A stretch of DNA of 64,000 nucleotides from an uncultured virus (IMG/VR IMGVR_UViG_3300025902_000617) (lineage: Duplodnaviria > Heunggongvirae > Uroviricota > Caudoviricetes): IMG/VR virus record IMGVR_UViG_3300025902_000617; one strand, written 5' to 3'. Made by a program: the position numbers and the translations under genes. Of this stretch, positions 47,951 through 57,600 are shown in pieces. The first letter of the stretch is position 1, and each line of letters opens with the position of its first letter. A model generated the notes under the pieces. That model did no database searches and had not been told where the DNA came from. It saw nothing but the letters and a program-made list of their open reading frames with translations.

Positions 47951-48397
47951 TCACAGCCTCCTGAATGCGTCTATGAGCAATTTCTCTACCCTTGATGTTA
48001 TCCCGGGTGTTACAGATTCTCGATTACCTGCAATATTTATAACCTTTGGGTTGTTCTTGTTTATATATTCTACAATCTGATCGATGGTCGGGTTGAGTAA
48101 ATGCCCCTTCCCAAATTTTATGCAGGTGTTAAGTGTCAACCTCGTTCCAGAACTGTTGACATTTGCTGCAAATACAAATGTTGCATCAGACATCTTTACG
48201 TTTTCTACCGTCCTCTGCGCATATGTATAGTGCTTGTCAACGAGATTGTACATTTTGGCATAATCTGGTCGCTTTCCGTTTTCTGTTTCAAAACCGTTTG
48301 CGGCAAAACCTCCGGTATCAAGTCCGCACTTCCGCGCGGCAACAAGACCAGCGATATCCGCGCCGGATTGCCCTCCCGATATAATTTTTATTATCAT
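47951..48397 (-). CDS. SLOG-superfamily (molybdenum-carrier-like) protein
   Basis: IISGGQSGADIAGL, RTVENVKMSDAT, INIAGNRES. Confidence 0.85.
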   Translation of the reverse strand: MIIKIISGGQSGADIAGLVAARKCGLDTGGFAANGFETENGKRPDYAKMYNLVDKHYTYAQRTVENVKMSDATFVFAANVNSSGTRLTLNTCIKFGKGHLLNPTIDQIVEYINKNNPKVINIAGNRESVTPGITSRVEKLLIDAFRRL

Positions 48398-49080
48398 GCT
48401 TCACCTTTAAATACGATATTTGTTTTATATTCCATAGACGGAACAACATATGGTTCGATTAAAGTTTTCATACGAATTAAATTTTCCTTCCTGTATATTC
48501 TGAGTTCTTTATATATTCTTTTGTATATACCAGTTCTCGAAGAATCACAAATAATACAATCTATATTCCATTGCCGTTTAACCCATTCCTTTAATATTTC
48601 ACACTCTTCTTCGGTTTTATTCCCAAGTGCAATTCGCATCTTATGAGTGTATATATTCCCGGATCTGCGTTTCTCGTTACTCAAACTCCCGTCATCAAAA
48701 TACCAAGCTGCCAAAGCAATCGGATGGGTAATTTCATTCAGCCATTCTCTCGATATGGTTTTGTAACCATCTTGCATTACAACATCATGTATTGGGAGTA
48801 AACACGGAAGACTCATGGATCTGAAATAAACACTCTCGCGCATCTTTCCAAAACTTTCACAAACCATATTCTTTGGCTTTATTTTACATAAATTTAACAG
48901 ATGGTTGTATTTATACAAAACATAATCCAACTGCGTAAGAGAGTGATGTATATGTAATAGGGGATTGTTTTGACGCGGCGGTATCCGAATACACATATCT
49001 CCGAGTAATCCACCTAAAATGAATTGGCGCTGTACGTCGGTAAGTTTTATAAAATTTCTAATATCGCTTCGTTTCAACAT
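48394..49080 (-). CDS. Free-standing LAGLIDADG homing endonuclease
   Basis: ILGGLLGD and LAAWYFDDG; clear paralogue of 39811..40527. Confidence 0.9.
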   Translation of the reverse strand: MLKRSDIRNFIKLTDVQRQFILGGLLGDMCIRIPPRQNNPLLHIHHSLTQLDYVLYKYNHLLNLCKIKPKNMVCESFGKMRESVYFRSMSLPCLLPIHDVVMQDGYKTISREWLNEITHPIALAAWYFDDGSLSNEKRRSGNIYTHKMRIALGNKTEEECEILKEWVKRQWNIDCIICDSSRTGIYKRIYKELRIYRKENLIRMKTLIEPYVVPSMEYKTNIVFKGEA

Positions 49081-49910
49081 GATATATCCACCAGCCTCTG
49101 AGCCATCTCAACGCTTTTTGGGTTTAAATCTATACCCACGTATCTCCGTCCACATTCCGAGGCTACGCGAAGTGAAGTTCCAGACCCAACAAACGGATCT
49201 AATACCAATCCTCCGAGCGGGGTTCCAGCGAGAATCGGTGAATGTACGAGATCGCGCGGGAATGATGCTGTATGTGCAGAAGATCCGTGAACGATAGACC
49301 ACACGCATCTCTTTATACGCCCTTTTCCAGTAGCCATACTCCTTAATATGCTACGTTTTGCGTCACTCGGATCCTGAGCTCCATCGGATTTGTAATTTTT
49401 CTTCGCCTTACCGGTATAATCGAACGATTTATACAAAGTCTTATATGGCTCGTATTGCTGATCGAAGTAATATGAGTCATTTTTTGAAAACGCATATAAA
49501 TATTCGAAATCCTGATTAAATCTCTTTTTGGAAGATCCTGTAAACGTGTTTGGTTTTCTCCAAATTATCGTATTAAATCTACGCCACTCTTTGAGCATCA
49601 TGTGGACAACGAACCTTTCGGGAACTCCGTATAATTCACCGTTGTGATATTTATCTCCAATGTTAACCCAACACGTTCCAGTAGGCTTCAAAACTCTTTT
49701 AACTTCGTCAAATACGTTTCCTATCTGGTTAAGATATTCTCCCACCGACTTTTCAGAACCTATTTCAAATTCAAGTCCGCCGTATGATCTCTGATTATAA
49801 AACGGAGGAGACGTTATGCACATATCAACGCACTCGCTTGGAAACGTGTGCAAGACAGACCGTGCGTCTCCAAGAAATATTTTGTTTGTTATATCATTTA
49901 TGGCTTTCAT
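49074..49910 (-). CDS. N4/N6 DNA methyltransferase
   Basis: ITSPPF, IIWRKPN, HTASFP, LDPFVGSGT. Confidence 0.9.
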   Translation of the reverse strand: MKAINDITNKIFLGDARSVLHTFPSECVDMCITSPPFYNQRSYGGLEFEIGSEKSVGEYLNQIGNVFDEVKRVLKPTGTCWVNIGDKYHNGELYGVPERFVVHMMLKEWRRFNTIIWRKPNTFTGSSKKRFNQDFEYLYAFSKNDSYYFDQQYEPYKTLYKSFDYTGKAKKNYKSDGAQDPSDAKRSILRSMATGKGRIKRCVWSIVHGSSAHTASFPRDLVHSPILAGTPLGGLVLDPFVGSGTSLRVASECGRRYVGIDLNPKSVEMAQRLVDISC

Positions 49911-50716
49911 TACGAAATCCTCAATACCTTCTTAAATGCTCGTAATTCTTCTGACTGGGCTTCACAGTATATGTGCGCGCTTGACGAAACGGTTACGAGA
50001 TTTCCTATTGCTATCGGAACTTTTAAATTGTCACTGAGCTTTGAAGCGACATGTTTCATCAATCCAAGAAGCCCGATTGCATTTGCCCCGTACCCGGAAA
50101 GCATATCATGCGATCTGAAAGGGAATCTCCCAGAAAGATACAGATAATCCGGGCGTTGTTCGAACGCTGGCACTCCTTTTCGCAGGAGAAAATGCGCAAA
50201 CTGCAAGCATGGCGGTTCGTGCGACTTTTCATCAAGTTCTGGAACCCACGTTATTGCAATGGCGCGGCGAGACTGTGGGGATCTGGTAAGCTCTTCGATC
50301 ACGTATTGAATTTGGTTCATACCATTCCCGTCTCCGTTTCCGAGATTGTATTTTCCAGCACCAAATTCCCCATCGTAGAAGCAATCGATTTTCGGATAAT
50401 CAAACAGCCTATCTGGATACGTGTATTCGAAACCTTCCACGCGCTCCCTTTTCGCAAGAGCAACTGGATTATCCTTCGTAATCGTCAGGATATCGTTTGC
50501 ATACTGCTCCATGAACCTTTCCCCGAACAGCGACGCTTCGCTTTTTAGCGGATCCCTGTTCGGATGCCTCACGATAATCATAACTGGCTCCGGGTACTCC
50601 CAAGTGAGCATAAATTTTCCCGGCTCTACTTCAATTCTCTGTTCTGCCCCATCTTCCATAATAGCTTTCACAACCTCGTTGTGAGCTTCTCCGATTGTGT
50701 TAGTTACAATTTCCAT
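49910..50716 (-). CDS. thyA: Thymidylate synthase (archaeal type)
   Basis: SRRA, PPCL (catalytic Cys), FRSHD, GAN, SAHIY; AGGTGG SD before the ATG at 50716. Confidence 0.9.
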   Translation of the reverse strand: MEIVTNTIGEAHNEVVKAIMEDGAEQRIEVEPGKFMLTWEYPEPVMIIVRHPNRDPLKSEASLFGERFMEQYANDILTITKDNPVALAKRERVEGFEYTYPDRLFDYPKIDCFYDGEFGAGKYNLGNGDGNGMNQIQYVIEELTRSPQSRRAIAITWVPELDEKSHEPPCLQFAHFLLRKGVPAFEQRPDYLYLSGRFPFRSHDMLSGYGANAIGLLGLMKHVASKLSDNLKVPIAIGNLVTVSSSAHIYCEAQSEELRAFKKVLRIS

Positions 50717-51279
50717 TAAATCCACCTTGCTGGAACAAATCCATTTCTCAACCACATTTCGGGTTCCCCAACCAATTTTATATGCTTGGGATCTTTCATA
50801 TCGAAGATATCATGCGTAAACCCGTTGTCGCTCCCGTAATACATTTCAAACGCGCGCGTAGAAAACCCATACAGGTCGTATACCGGATCGTCTGAAATGA
50901 TTTTACCCTGCACGGAATACCGGATCCCCTTCAATTTTGAAATCATATCCAGTATGCTTTCAAGTTTGTATTCGTTGAATGTAGTCCCGTTTTCGATATT
51001 GTTTTTTACCTTCACCCTAGTAGCACCGCAAAATACAACGTCGACACTCTCGGAATCTGGGTTGTCTACGTTTGCAATGATCCATGAAAGACCCTCATGA
51101 AGAGCGTCTATTTCTGCATATTGAAACCCGTCAGAGTTATATTCCGTTGTATGCATAAAACTCCGCTTGAGAAGTTTATCCCCGCGCATAACTAGATAAA
51201 CGGCTACAGCCACCGGAAGTTTGGATCCCCAAACGAACGGGAAGAACATTCTCGAATATGTTATAAGTTTTATTGCCAT
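50716..51279 (-). CDS. Hypothetical protein, possibly a degenerate RNase H fold
   Basis: AEIDALHEGL helix resembles RNase HI but the first catalytic Asp is absent. Confidence 0.45.
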   Translation of the reverse strand: MAIKLITYSRMFFPFVWGSKLPVAVAVYLVMRGDKLLKRSFMHTTEYNSDGFQYAEIDALHEGLSWIIANVDNPDSESVDVVFCGATRVKVKNNIENGTTFNEYKLESILDMISKLKGIRYSVQGKIISDDPVYDLYGFSTRAFEMYYGSDNGFTHDIFDMKDPKHIKLVGEPEMWLRNGFVPARWI

Positions 51280-51283
51280 CTTC

Positions 51284-52663
51284 TCACTCTGTCAATTTTT
51301 TCGCGAGAGCGTTTATTTCTGCCTTTACCGGGGAATACCCTATGAATTTACGCGCTGTCATTTTTGCAGCAACTCCTACAAAACCTTTACCTATAAACGG
51401 ATCCAGACAAACAGAACCGGGCTTGCTGAAGGAATCAAATATCTTCACCATTTCTTTTGTAGAATCCTCGGATGCCTTCGACTTCCCGGTTCCGGTGATG
51501 ATATCATCGAAATATTTATATGGCTTCTGCATCGGGGGTTTGTATGCAATGATAACTGGAGTTATACCGCACTGGATCCCGCGGGGGTGTATCGCAGTTA
51601 TAGTGTCTCGATGCTCTATTACGCCAAGCCACAAGTATTCAAGCTTGTTGTTTCTTGAAATTTTGTCGGCACTCGCCGTCTGTGTGCACCTGATTGCGTC
51701 GAACACTTCCGGGAGTTGATCTTGGCTCACGTATGCGACAAGATATCCGCCGGGCTTTAGGATGTCCGCCGAAATGTTCATGAATGGGACGACGTTTTCA
51801 GACCACTCTTCGTTATGAGGTAAGTTCGTCACGATGATATCAATCGTATTGTGTTTTATGAAATCATCATCTCCCTCCGCATCGAAGAAATCTTTGTTGT
51901 TGAGAAGAATGGTGTCCGGGAGATCTTTCATATCTGCTGCAACGGTATCGAATTCTTTTTTCTGCTTCTCTATGAGAAGTGTTGCAACAGCGTCTTTTAC
52001 GTTCTTGTATGTACCATCGAGAACACTATCAACAACAAAATTCTGTTCCTCGGCATTTCCAAGCTTCGCAAGGCGAATGAGTTCGGTCTTGTTGTCTGAG
52101 ATGGGTGTCCCACGGATCTTCGCGCGCGCACCGGCATCGATTGCGTTTGCAATCTGAAGCCGCTCCTGAAGCGTCCTCTCTGCAAAACCCATATCCTCGG
52201 CAATATCCTTGGTTGTCTTGACAGGCGCGCTATCGCGCACCCCATCGCCGTCCTCCGAATCTCCCTTCTTTGACACATGCTTTCCAGACTGGGCTTTTTG
52301 TCCAAGTTGGTCTAGGAGACGAGTATGTTCTGCCAGATGCTCAGACTGTTCAAGAATGGTGAGTTCCGCTCTGAACAGATTCTCTTCGAGCATGAGGATT
52401 TTTGCAAGAAGTTCGTCGGCAGGGAGAACTTCAGCGCGAATTGTTTTTTTGCCGAGAGACTTGACTGCCGCAAGGCGGTGGTTCCCAGAGATAATCACAT
52501 TGTCTTCTGATACGGTTATTGGGTGCCGCAACCCGAACTTTGCGATACTGTCGGCCAGTTGCTTCACCTTGGTATCGTCGATATGACGGTATATTGTTTT
52601 AGACGGTTTTATGACCGCTACCGGCAAATCCTCGATTTTTCCTTCCATTAAATATTCGCCCAT
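51284..52663 (-). CDS. ParB/Srx N-domain fused to a degenerate DNA methyltransferase domain
   Basis: LADSI..FGLRHPI...ISGNHRL...EEN; C-terminal TNLPH and LDPFIGKG. Confidence 0.85.
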   Translation of the reverse strand: MGEYLMEGKIEDLPVAVIKPSKTIYRHIDDTKVKQLADSIAKFGLRHPITVSEDNVIISGNHRLAAVKSLGKKTIRAEVLPADELLAKILMLEENLFRAELTILEQSEHLAEHTRLLDQLGQKAQSGKHVSKKGDSEDGDGVRDSAPVKTTKDIAEDMGFAERTLQERLQIANAIDAGARAKIRGTPISDNKTELIRLAKLGNAEEQNFVVDSVLDGTYKNVKDAVATLLIEKQKKEFDTVAADMKDLPDTILLNNKDFFDAEGDDDFIKHNTIDIIVTNLPHNEEWSENVVPFMNISADILKPGGYLVAYVSQDQLPEVFDAIRCTQTASADKISRNNKLEYLWLGVIEHRDTITAIHPRGIQCGITPVIIAYKPPMQKPYKYFDDIITGTGKSKASEDSTKEMVKIFDSFSKPGSVCLDPFIGKGFVGVAAKMTARKFIGYSPVKAEINALAKKLTE

Positions 52664-52848
52664 GGTTCTTACCTTTGTATATTACTATAGGTTATTTAAG
52701 TTAAAAAAGGTTGGGTTACGAATCCGGGTAGTTGTCTACGAGCGCTGCTTCAGCTCTGCACCACGGTTCTCGTTCTGAATATCCACACCACCCTTCGCAG
52801 ATCGGACATGTCGGTTTTTCATATTCACCCATTATTCTCACCCCGTTG

Positions 52849-53403
52849 TTAAAATTCATATGCCTTCGCAGGGTTCTGGGTATATGCCGCCCGCATTCCC
52901 CTCTCCCTCGCCCAGTCAAACCATTCTCGGTATGAAGATTCCTCGCTTATACCACCAAGAGCAATTGCATCTTTACGGTATTCCCAAATCTCTCCCGATA
53001 ACCACGCCCTTGCCAAGTAGAACCACCATGGGTCATACACGATTGACAATTTGTCAGCCCAGCATAGCCTAGATGGCTGTGAGTTATATTTCTTCGCGCA
53101 TGTGCGTGAATGGAATAGACACAAATTCATATAGTCTGCTCTTTTATACGTGAAATCGCTGGACGTTTTTACCCGCCCGTCGAAAAGTTTGTGTGCTATG
53201 ATCGCCCCGCTCCAAGGGTGCTCCTCTCCCTCCTTTCCATCCATATTTGGTTGTCCAAAGTATCCAATATCGTGCACGAAAATACATACGATTTCTTTCA
53301 ACGAGGGAATTCCGTAAAGTTTATACCATGCGATCAAAACTGTGATCGGATGCCAAAGAAATTGATGCACTCCGAAAAGAACGGATCGGGTTCCAACTTT
53401 CAT
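52849..53403 (-). CDS. HD-domain-like protein
   Basis: H...HD...H...H...D pattern (VHDIG, CWADK). Confidence 0.65.
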   Translation of the reverse strand: MKVGTRSVLFGVHQFLWHPITVLIAWYKLYGIPSLKEIVCIFVHDIGYFGQPNMDGKEGEEHPWSGAIIAHKLFDGRVKTSSDFTYKRADYMNLCLFHSRTCAKKYNSQPSRLCWADKLSIVYDPWWFYLARAWLSGEIWEYRKDAIALGGISEESSYREWFDWARERGMRAAYTQNPAKAYEF

Positions 53404-53404
53404 T

Positions 53405-54046
53405 TCAATCCCCCAAATCCAATGCGCGGAGGTTGTACAGAAAATCTCTGAATTCTTCTTCTCTCGGAACCTCTGGTAGTTTTGAGTATTTGTAGGCATT
53501 TTCAATACGAGCAAATGCCTCCTCTATGTCTTCCTTGGTCACTTCTTTCGTGATTGGGGTGAATATCGCTTTCCCCTTCTCAAGCAAATTTATTCCAAAT
53601 GTAAGCGTCCTCAAAGCCTGTTTATATGCTTTATTCGGAAACATCTGTGGCCTCTTCGTATGATCTTTGAAACTGCTTATTGCCATCCCGCTGATCGATG
53701 CATAAGTTGCCTTTGACAAATTGTCAAGTGTGATATCTCTCAATACTCTCAATGATAGTGCATCCGTTATAACAATCGGGCTTGTGACTACCCATATGGC
53801 ATTGCAATTGCCCTTTATCAGTAAATTGACGAGATGCCCTATCTCTATGTATTGATACTCCCACTCAAGCCCACGGTCATCTATAAATTTTCGACTCGGT
53901 TTGTTGCGATCCACGGCCTTTCCAGACAATATATCACGGGTTGGTCTCGCATATACTTGCATGATATCGCGATCACTTTCTTTTCTCCCCATTCCCCACA
54001 TGAAACTTCCTACTTCTGTTTCAAAGAGAACTCTGTCTTTCGTCAT
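53405..54046 (-). CDS. Pol-beta-superfamily nucleotidyltransferase (YcgL/RlaP-like)
   Basis: VGSFMWG...SDRD motif; LIKGNCN. Confidence 0.8.
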   Translation of the reverse strand: MTKDRVLFETEVGSFMWGMGRKESDRDIMQVYARPTRDILSGKAVDRNKPSRKFIDDRGLEWEYQYIEIGHLVNLLIKGNCNAIWVVTSPIVITDALSLRVLRDITLDNLSKATYASISGMAISSFKDHTKRPQMFPNKAYKQALRTLTFGINLLEKGKAIFTPITKEVTKEDIEEAFARIENAYKYSKLPEVPREEEFRDFLYNLRALDLGD

Positions 54047-54089
54047 TTTATCACAATACTGTATGTATTCCAAGTTTAAAAATGTTTGT

Positions 54090-54395
54090 TTAAGGCATAT
54101 TATATATAGCATGCCTGTAATTTGTGGAATCTGGCATGATTATAGTGCACCCGTAGGGTGTAGTATTTTTCTGGTAATATATCTCATCTGTTTTATTATA
54201 AATCTGAAAACCACACTCTGTTGAGTTTTCTTTGAAGTCTCCATAGACTACGTAACCTTGTCCAGTGTAATAAATATCTGCGATATATGTCCAAGATGGG
54301 GTTACATTTTCTTGGGGGTGCGCAGTCATGCACCCAGACAAGGCTGACGCTATCAGGGCGAACACCAGAAATAAGACCGAATATACTTTTGTCAC
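54090..54395 (-). CDS. Putative lipoprotein
   Basis: Hydrophobic N-terminus ending in lipobox-like LSGC. Confidence 0.6.
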   Translation of the reverse strand: MTKVYSVLFLVFALIASALSGCMTAHPQENVTPSWTYIADIYYTGQGYVVYGDFKENSTECGFQIYNKTDEIYYQKNTTPYGCTIIMPDSTNYRHAIYNMP

Positions 54396-54688
54396 TCTTC
54401 TTCACCTATGTACATTTCTCTGTCAACAGCGTCTTTGTCTAGAACAAGATGAATGAAATTTTCAATGAAATTCCGCGGAACCTTGAATTTGTTTTCGAGC
54501 GTGCCAATGGCTTTTCGTAATTTATATTCTTCACGAGATACATACTCTTTATATACCTCTCCAAACTTCTTGCACCCGTGATATGCCTGCCAGTGGATAA
54601 TGTACATCGAAAGTACGCCGCTGGCTAGACCGGCGTTTGCTTGTGGCGGTTCAACCTTGACTACCCGATACTCTGTCTTCTGTCTCAT
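54392..54688 (-). CDS. Hypothetical protein
   Basis: ATGA overlap with the primase gene. Confidence 0.6.
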   Translation of the reverse strand: MRQKTEYRVVKVEPPQANAGLASGVLSMYIIHWQAYHGCKKFGEVYKEYVSREEYKLRKAIGTLENKFKVPRNFIENFIHLVLDKDAVDREMYIGEEE

Positions 54689-57600
54689 ACCGGTTCACCT
54701 TTACTATTATGTGGTTCTCCATATATAATCTTATCGAAGAACCTGTAAAATTTCTTTCCATCCTGCATTTCAACTTTCAATAATTCCCCTTTTACGAAAT
54801 TCTCGATATTCTTTTTGATAAGTGATTCGTTCTGTATATATTCTCTATGTACTCTCTTGTACGTACCCTTATCTACTTTCAGTACACCAAAGTCCTTTTC
54901 TTGTGATTGCTTTTGCTTCTTACCACTTTGTTCCTCCATATTTAAATGTTTGCCACGATTTAGCTGGATCGACACGAACTTGATAAGTGCCATTTCTGAT
55001 ATCCTTTTTCCACTTTTCAAATTGGGCTGATTTTGTACCAGTGCCTTTATTTTTGGATCGGAGACCGCTATCGCATTATTTTTGGGGAAAGATAGCATCT
55101 CAGAATCCAAAAAGGACTTCAGTGTGGCCTTAGAAACACGAGTTACGCTGCTAATATTCGTTTGTTTTCCCGAACTTTTTCTATCTAAGGTACCACAGTA
55201 GTAGGAAATTTGGGCATCCGGGCTATATTCAGCGAGCGTTTTAAAAATCGTGGTCTTATCATACTTTTCTGGCACATATCTCGTGAGTTTTGCCGCCAAT
55301 CCCAGATTCTCCATTGAATTGACCGTTATTTGGTTCATGTCAGCTTTGATCGAGTCTTGAATTGTGCCGACATCACAATCGCGAACTACTATGATTTTGA
55401 TCTTGTCTTCCTTTTTAAAGGTTTCGGTTGGATCATCAATAGTTGGTGAGTGCCTTAGTACACTATTAGTTACTTCATCTACTGTGATCTTACTTATAAT
55501 AGCTTTACACTGCTTGATCATTTCAAGGTTCCCAGTTTCTTGTGCGTGTGAAAGCATCGCAGAATAGTAGGGTATGGCGAAGTGAGTCCCCTCTACGAAC
55601 AAAACCCCATACATCGGGATATCAAGCCCTCGGCTCAAGGTAGAGTTGCTGTAAAATACATTGATGTTTGCGTTCAGCCATGCCATGATGTGCTCATCTT
55701 CACCCTGATCGGTACTGAGCATGCATTTGGATCCAAGCCATTCGTGGATAGATTTCTGTTTCAGTTTGCTTGATGTAAGCAATAGTGCCGGGGCTACCAT
55801 ATCGGATGATTTGTTTTCTTCTGCGAATTTCCAAATCAGGCTTTTAAGCATGTGCGTCTCTTCCGCGCGCGTTTTTCCTTTAAGCATAATTAGCAGGTAA
55901 TTATCTGCATACTTAAACTTGTCAATTGTTACTATCAAGCTGTCTTTGGTATCAGGGCACACATCTTTGACATAGAGTTCTGATTGTGTTGCACCAATGA
56001 TGAGTACGGTTTTATAATTTTCTGGTTTATAAAGAACATATCTATCTGATACGAAATATAATGTTGTTGTCGGGGATCTCCCGAGCCACACGAACGATTT
56101 TGCCGCGACATGTATCAGTGGGGCGAACATCGGGAACAATTCAATTTCATAGGAATCTTCCTTGAGGTCTTGTTCAAATTGCGTAAGACGTTTCTTTATT
56201 TCGAGTTTCGTTATCGGATCGTAATCATTTTCAATGTCTACGGTTTTTATCCACTTGTCAAATTCTTTCTTATTGTCTATAGTTGTTGCATCAACCAGCG
56301 TGTCGATGTGGTCGTTGATTTGACGAAGTATTCCGCACATGCGCAGAATTTCCTTGTCAACGTATTTTTTACGTTTCATCTCATTTATCTTTGTTTCGAT
56401 TGTTTCAATCGTTTCCATCATTGGACTTATCGAGTTTACCAGACTCTTCTTTCCTCTCCCGTAGGTATACGATGCGATTTCGTATTCACCCGGGTAAAAT
56501 TCCGAAACCACCGGGTCTTCGTCGATAACGAGAAGGTGTCGGTTTGTCCGTTTTATCCTTTTTATTTCCCGGTCGCTTGTAAGGAAGTACGGTATAGAGA
56601 AACAGAAATCCGCTTCATATTCTGCCAAGAGAAGGACAAAATATGGGCATATTGCTTCGTTGTCCATGAGAACTTCTGGTGTCAGAACACGATGTTTCAT
56701 TAAAAGATCCAGCGCAGTCTGCCTAAGTTTTTGAACGGTTAGCACATCGTTGCGGAGTTTTCCATGGTCGTCAAATCCCGGGTGTATGGCTGGTCTTTTC
56801 GGACAGGTTCCGCATTCCCCGCGGTTCTGTGAGCAGTTGCACGCGCGGTCTTTTCCCACGAGATAAACCGCAGTTCTTTTATGTTCTAGCCTTTCGAATA
56901 TTGTTATGGCGTGGCGTATGATTTCGTGCTTGTTTGTGACATACACCCCGGTTTTTGCAAGTATAAGTTGCCTCACCGCCCAGTGTGTCTTCCCTGTTCG
57001 TGGTGGAGCCTGAACGAGTACAAACTTTTTGTCCGGGAGGATTTCTGGAAGTTCTCCAATGCATGTCTTGCTGATCCCGGATACATTTACGTTTGAATAT
57101 AATTCCTGATGTGGATCATATGTCGCAATTTCGTGCGTATACGCATTTCGGATGGTGAGCGACATGTTCCGTATATATTCGTGTTCGCTTCCACCAACGG
57201 TTTTCCGGTATGGTCGGTAAGTTATAAGTGCGCGCGCAACTTGGTTCGGGTTGAATCCCATCGAGCGCATACGCCTGCAAACATACCAGTCTCTTTCACT
57301 ACGAGTTCCTTTTTCACCAACAACTGTAAGAATTTCTGTAAATTCTTTATCCCGATCCATGAGGAACGAAAGGGTTAGTCCCTTTTCATTTACAATTTCG
57401 TCCGGGTTGGTAATTTTTTTGAATGCGGTAAGCGGATCAAATCCGATCTTCGAGTCGATGTCCTGCTTGGCCTTTCCAATGAACTCTTCTTGAAGTTTAA
57501 CATTTTTTTGTTTCTCTTTTGCTATCTCTTCGTTTGATAACAAAATCCATTTCGGAAGAACCTCTGGGGTGAGTTCCTTGATGGGGTTATCTGCAAAGAC

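Noticed and set aside
39811..49080. Group I introns around the LAGLIDADG genes
   Set aside because: The flanking genes are intact and abut or overlap the endonuclease ORFs, leaving no room for intron core structure.
49910..50716. Thymidylate synthase homologue as a base-hypermodification enzyme
   Set aside because: It retains the dUMP-specific Asn (GAN) and archaeal ThyA motifs; no adjacent kinase or glycosyltransferase genes.
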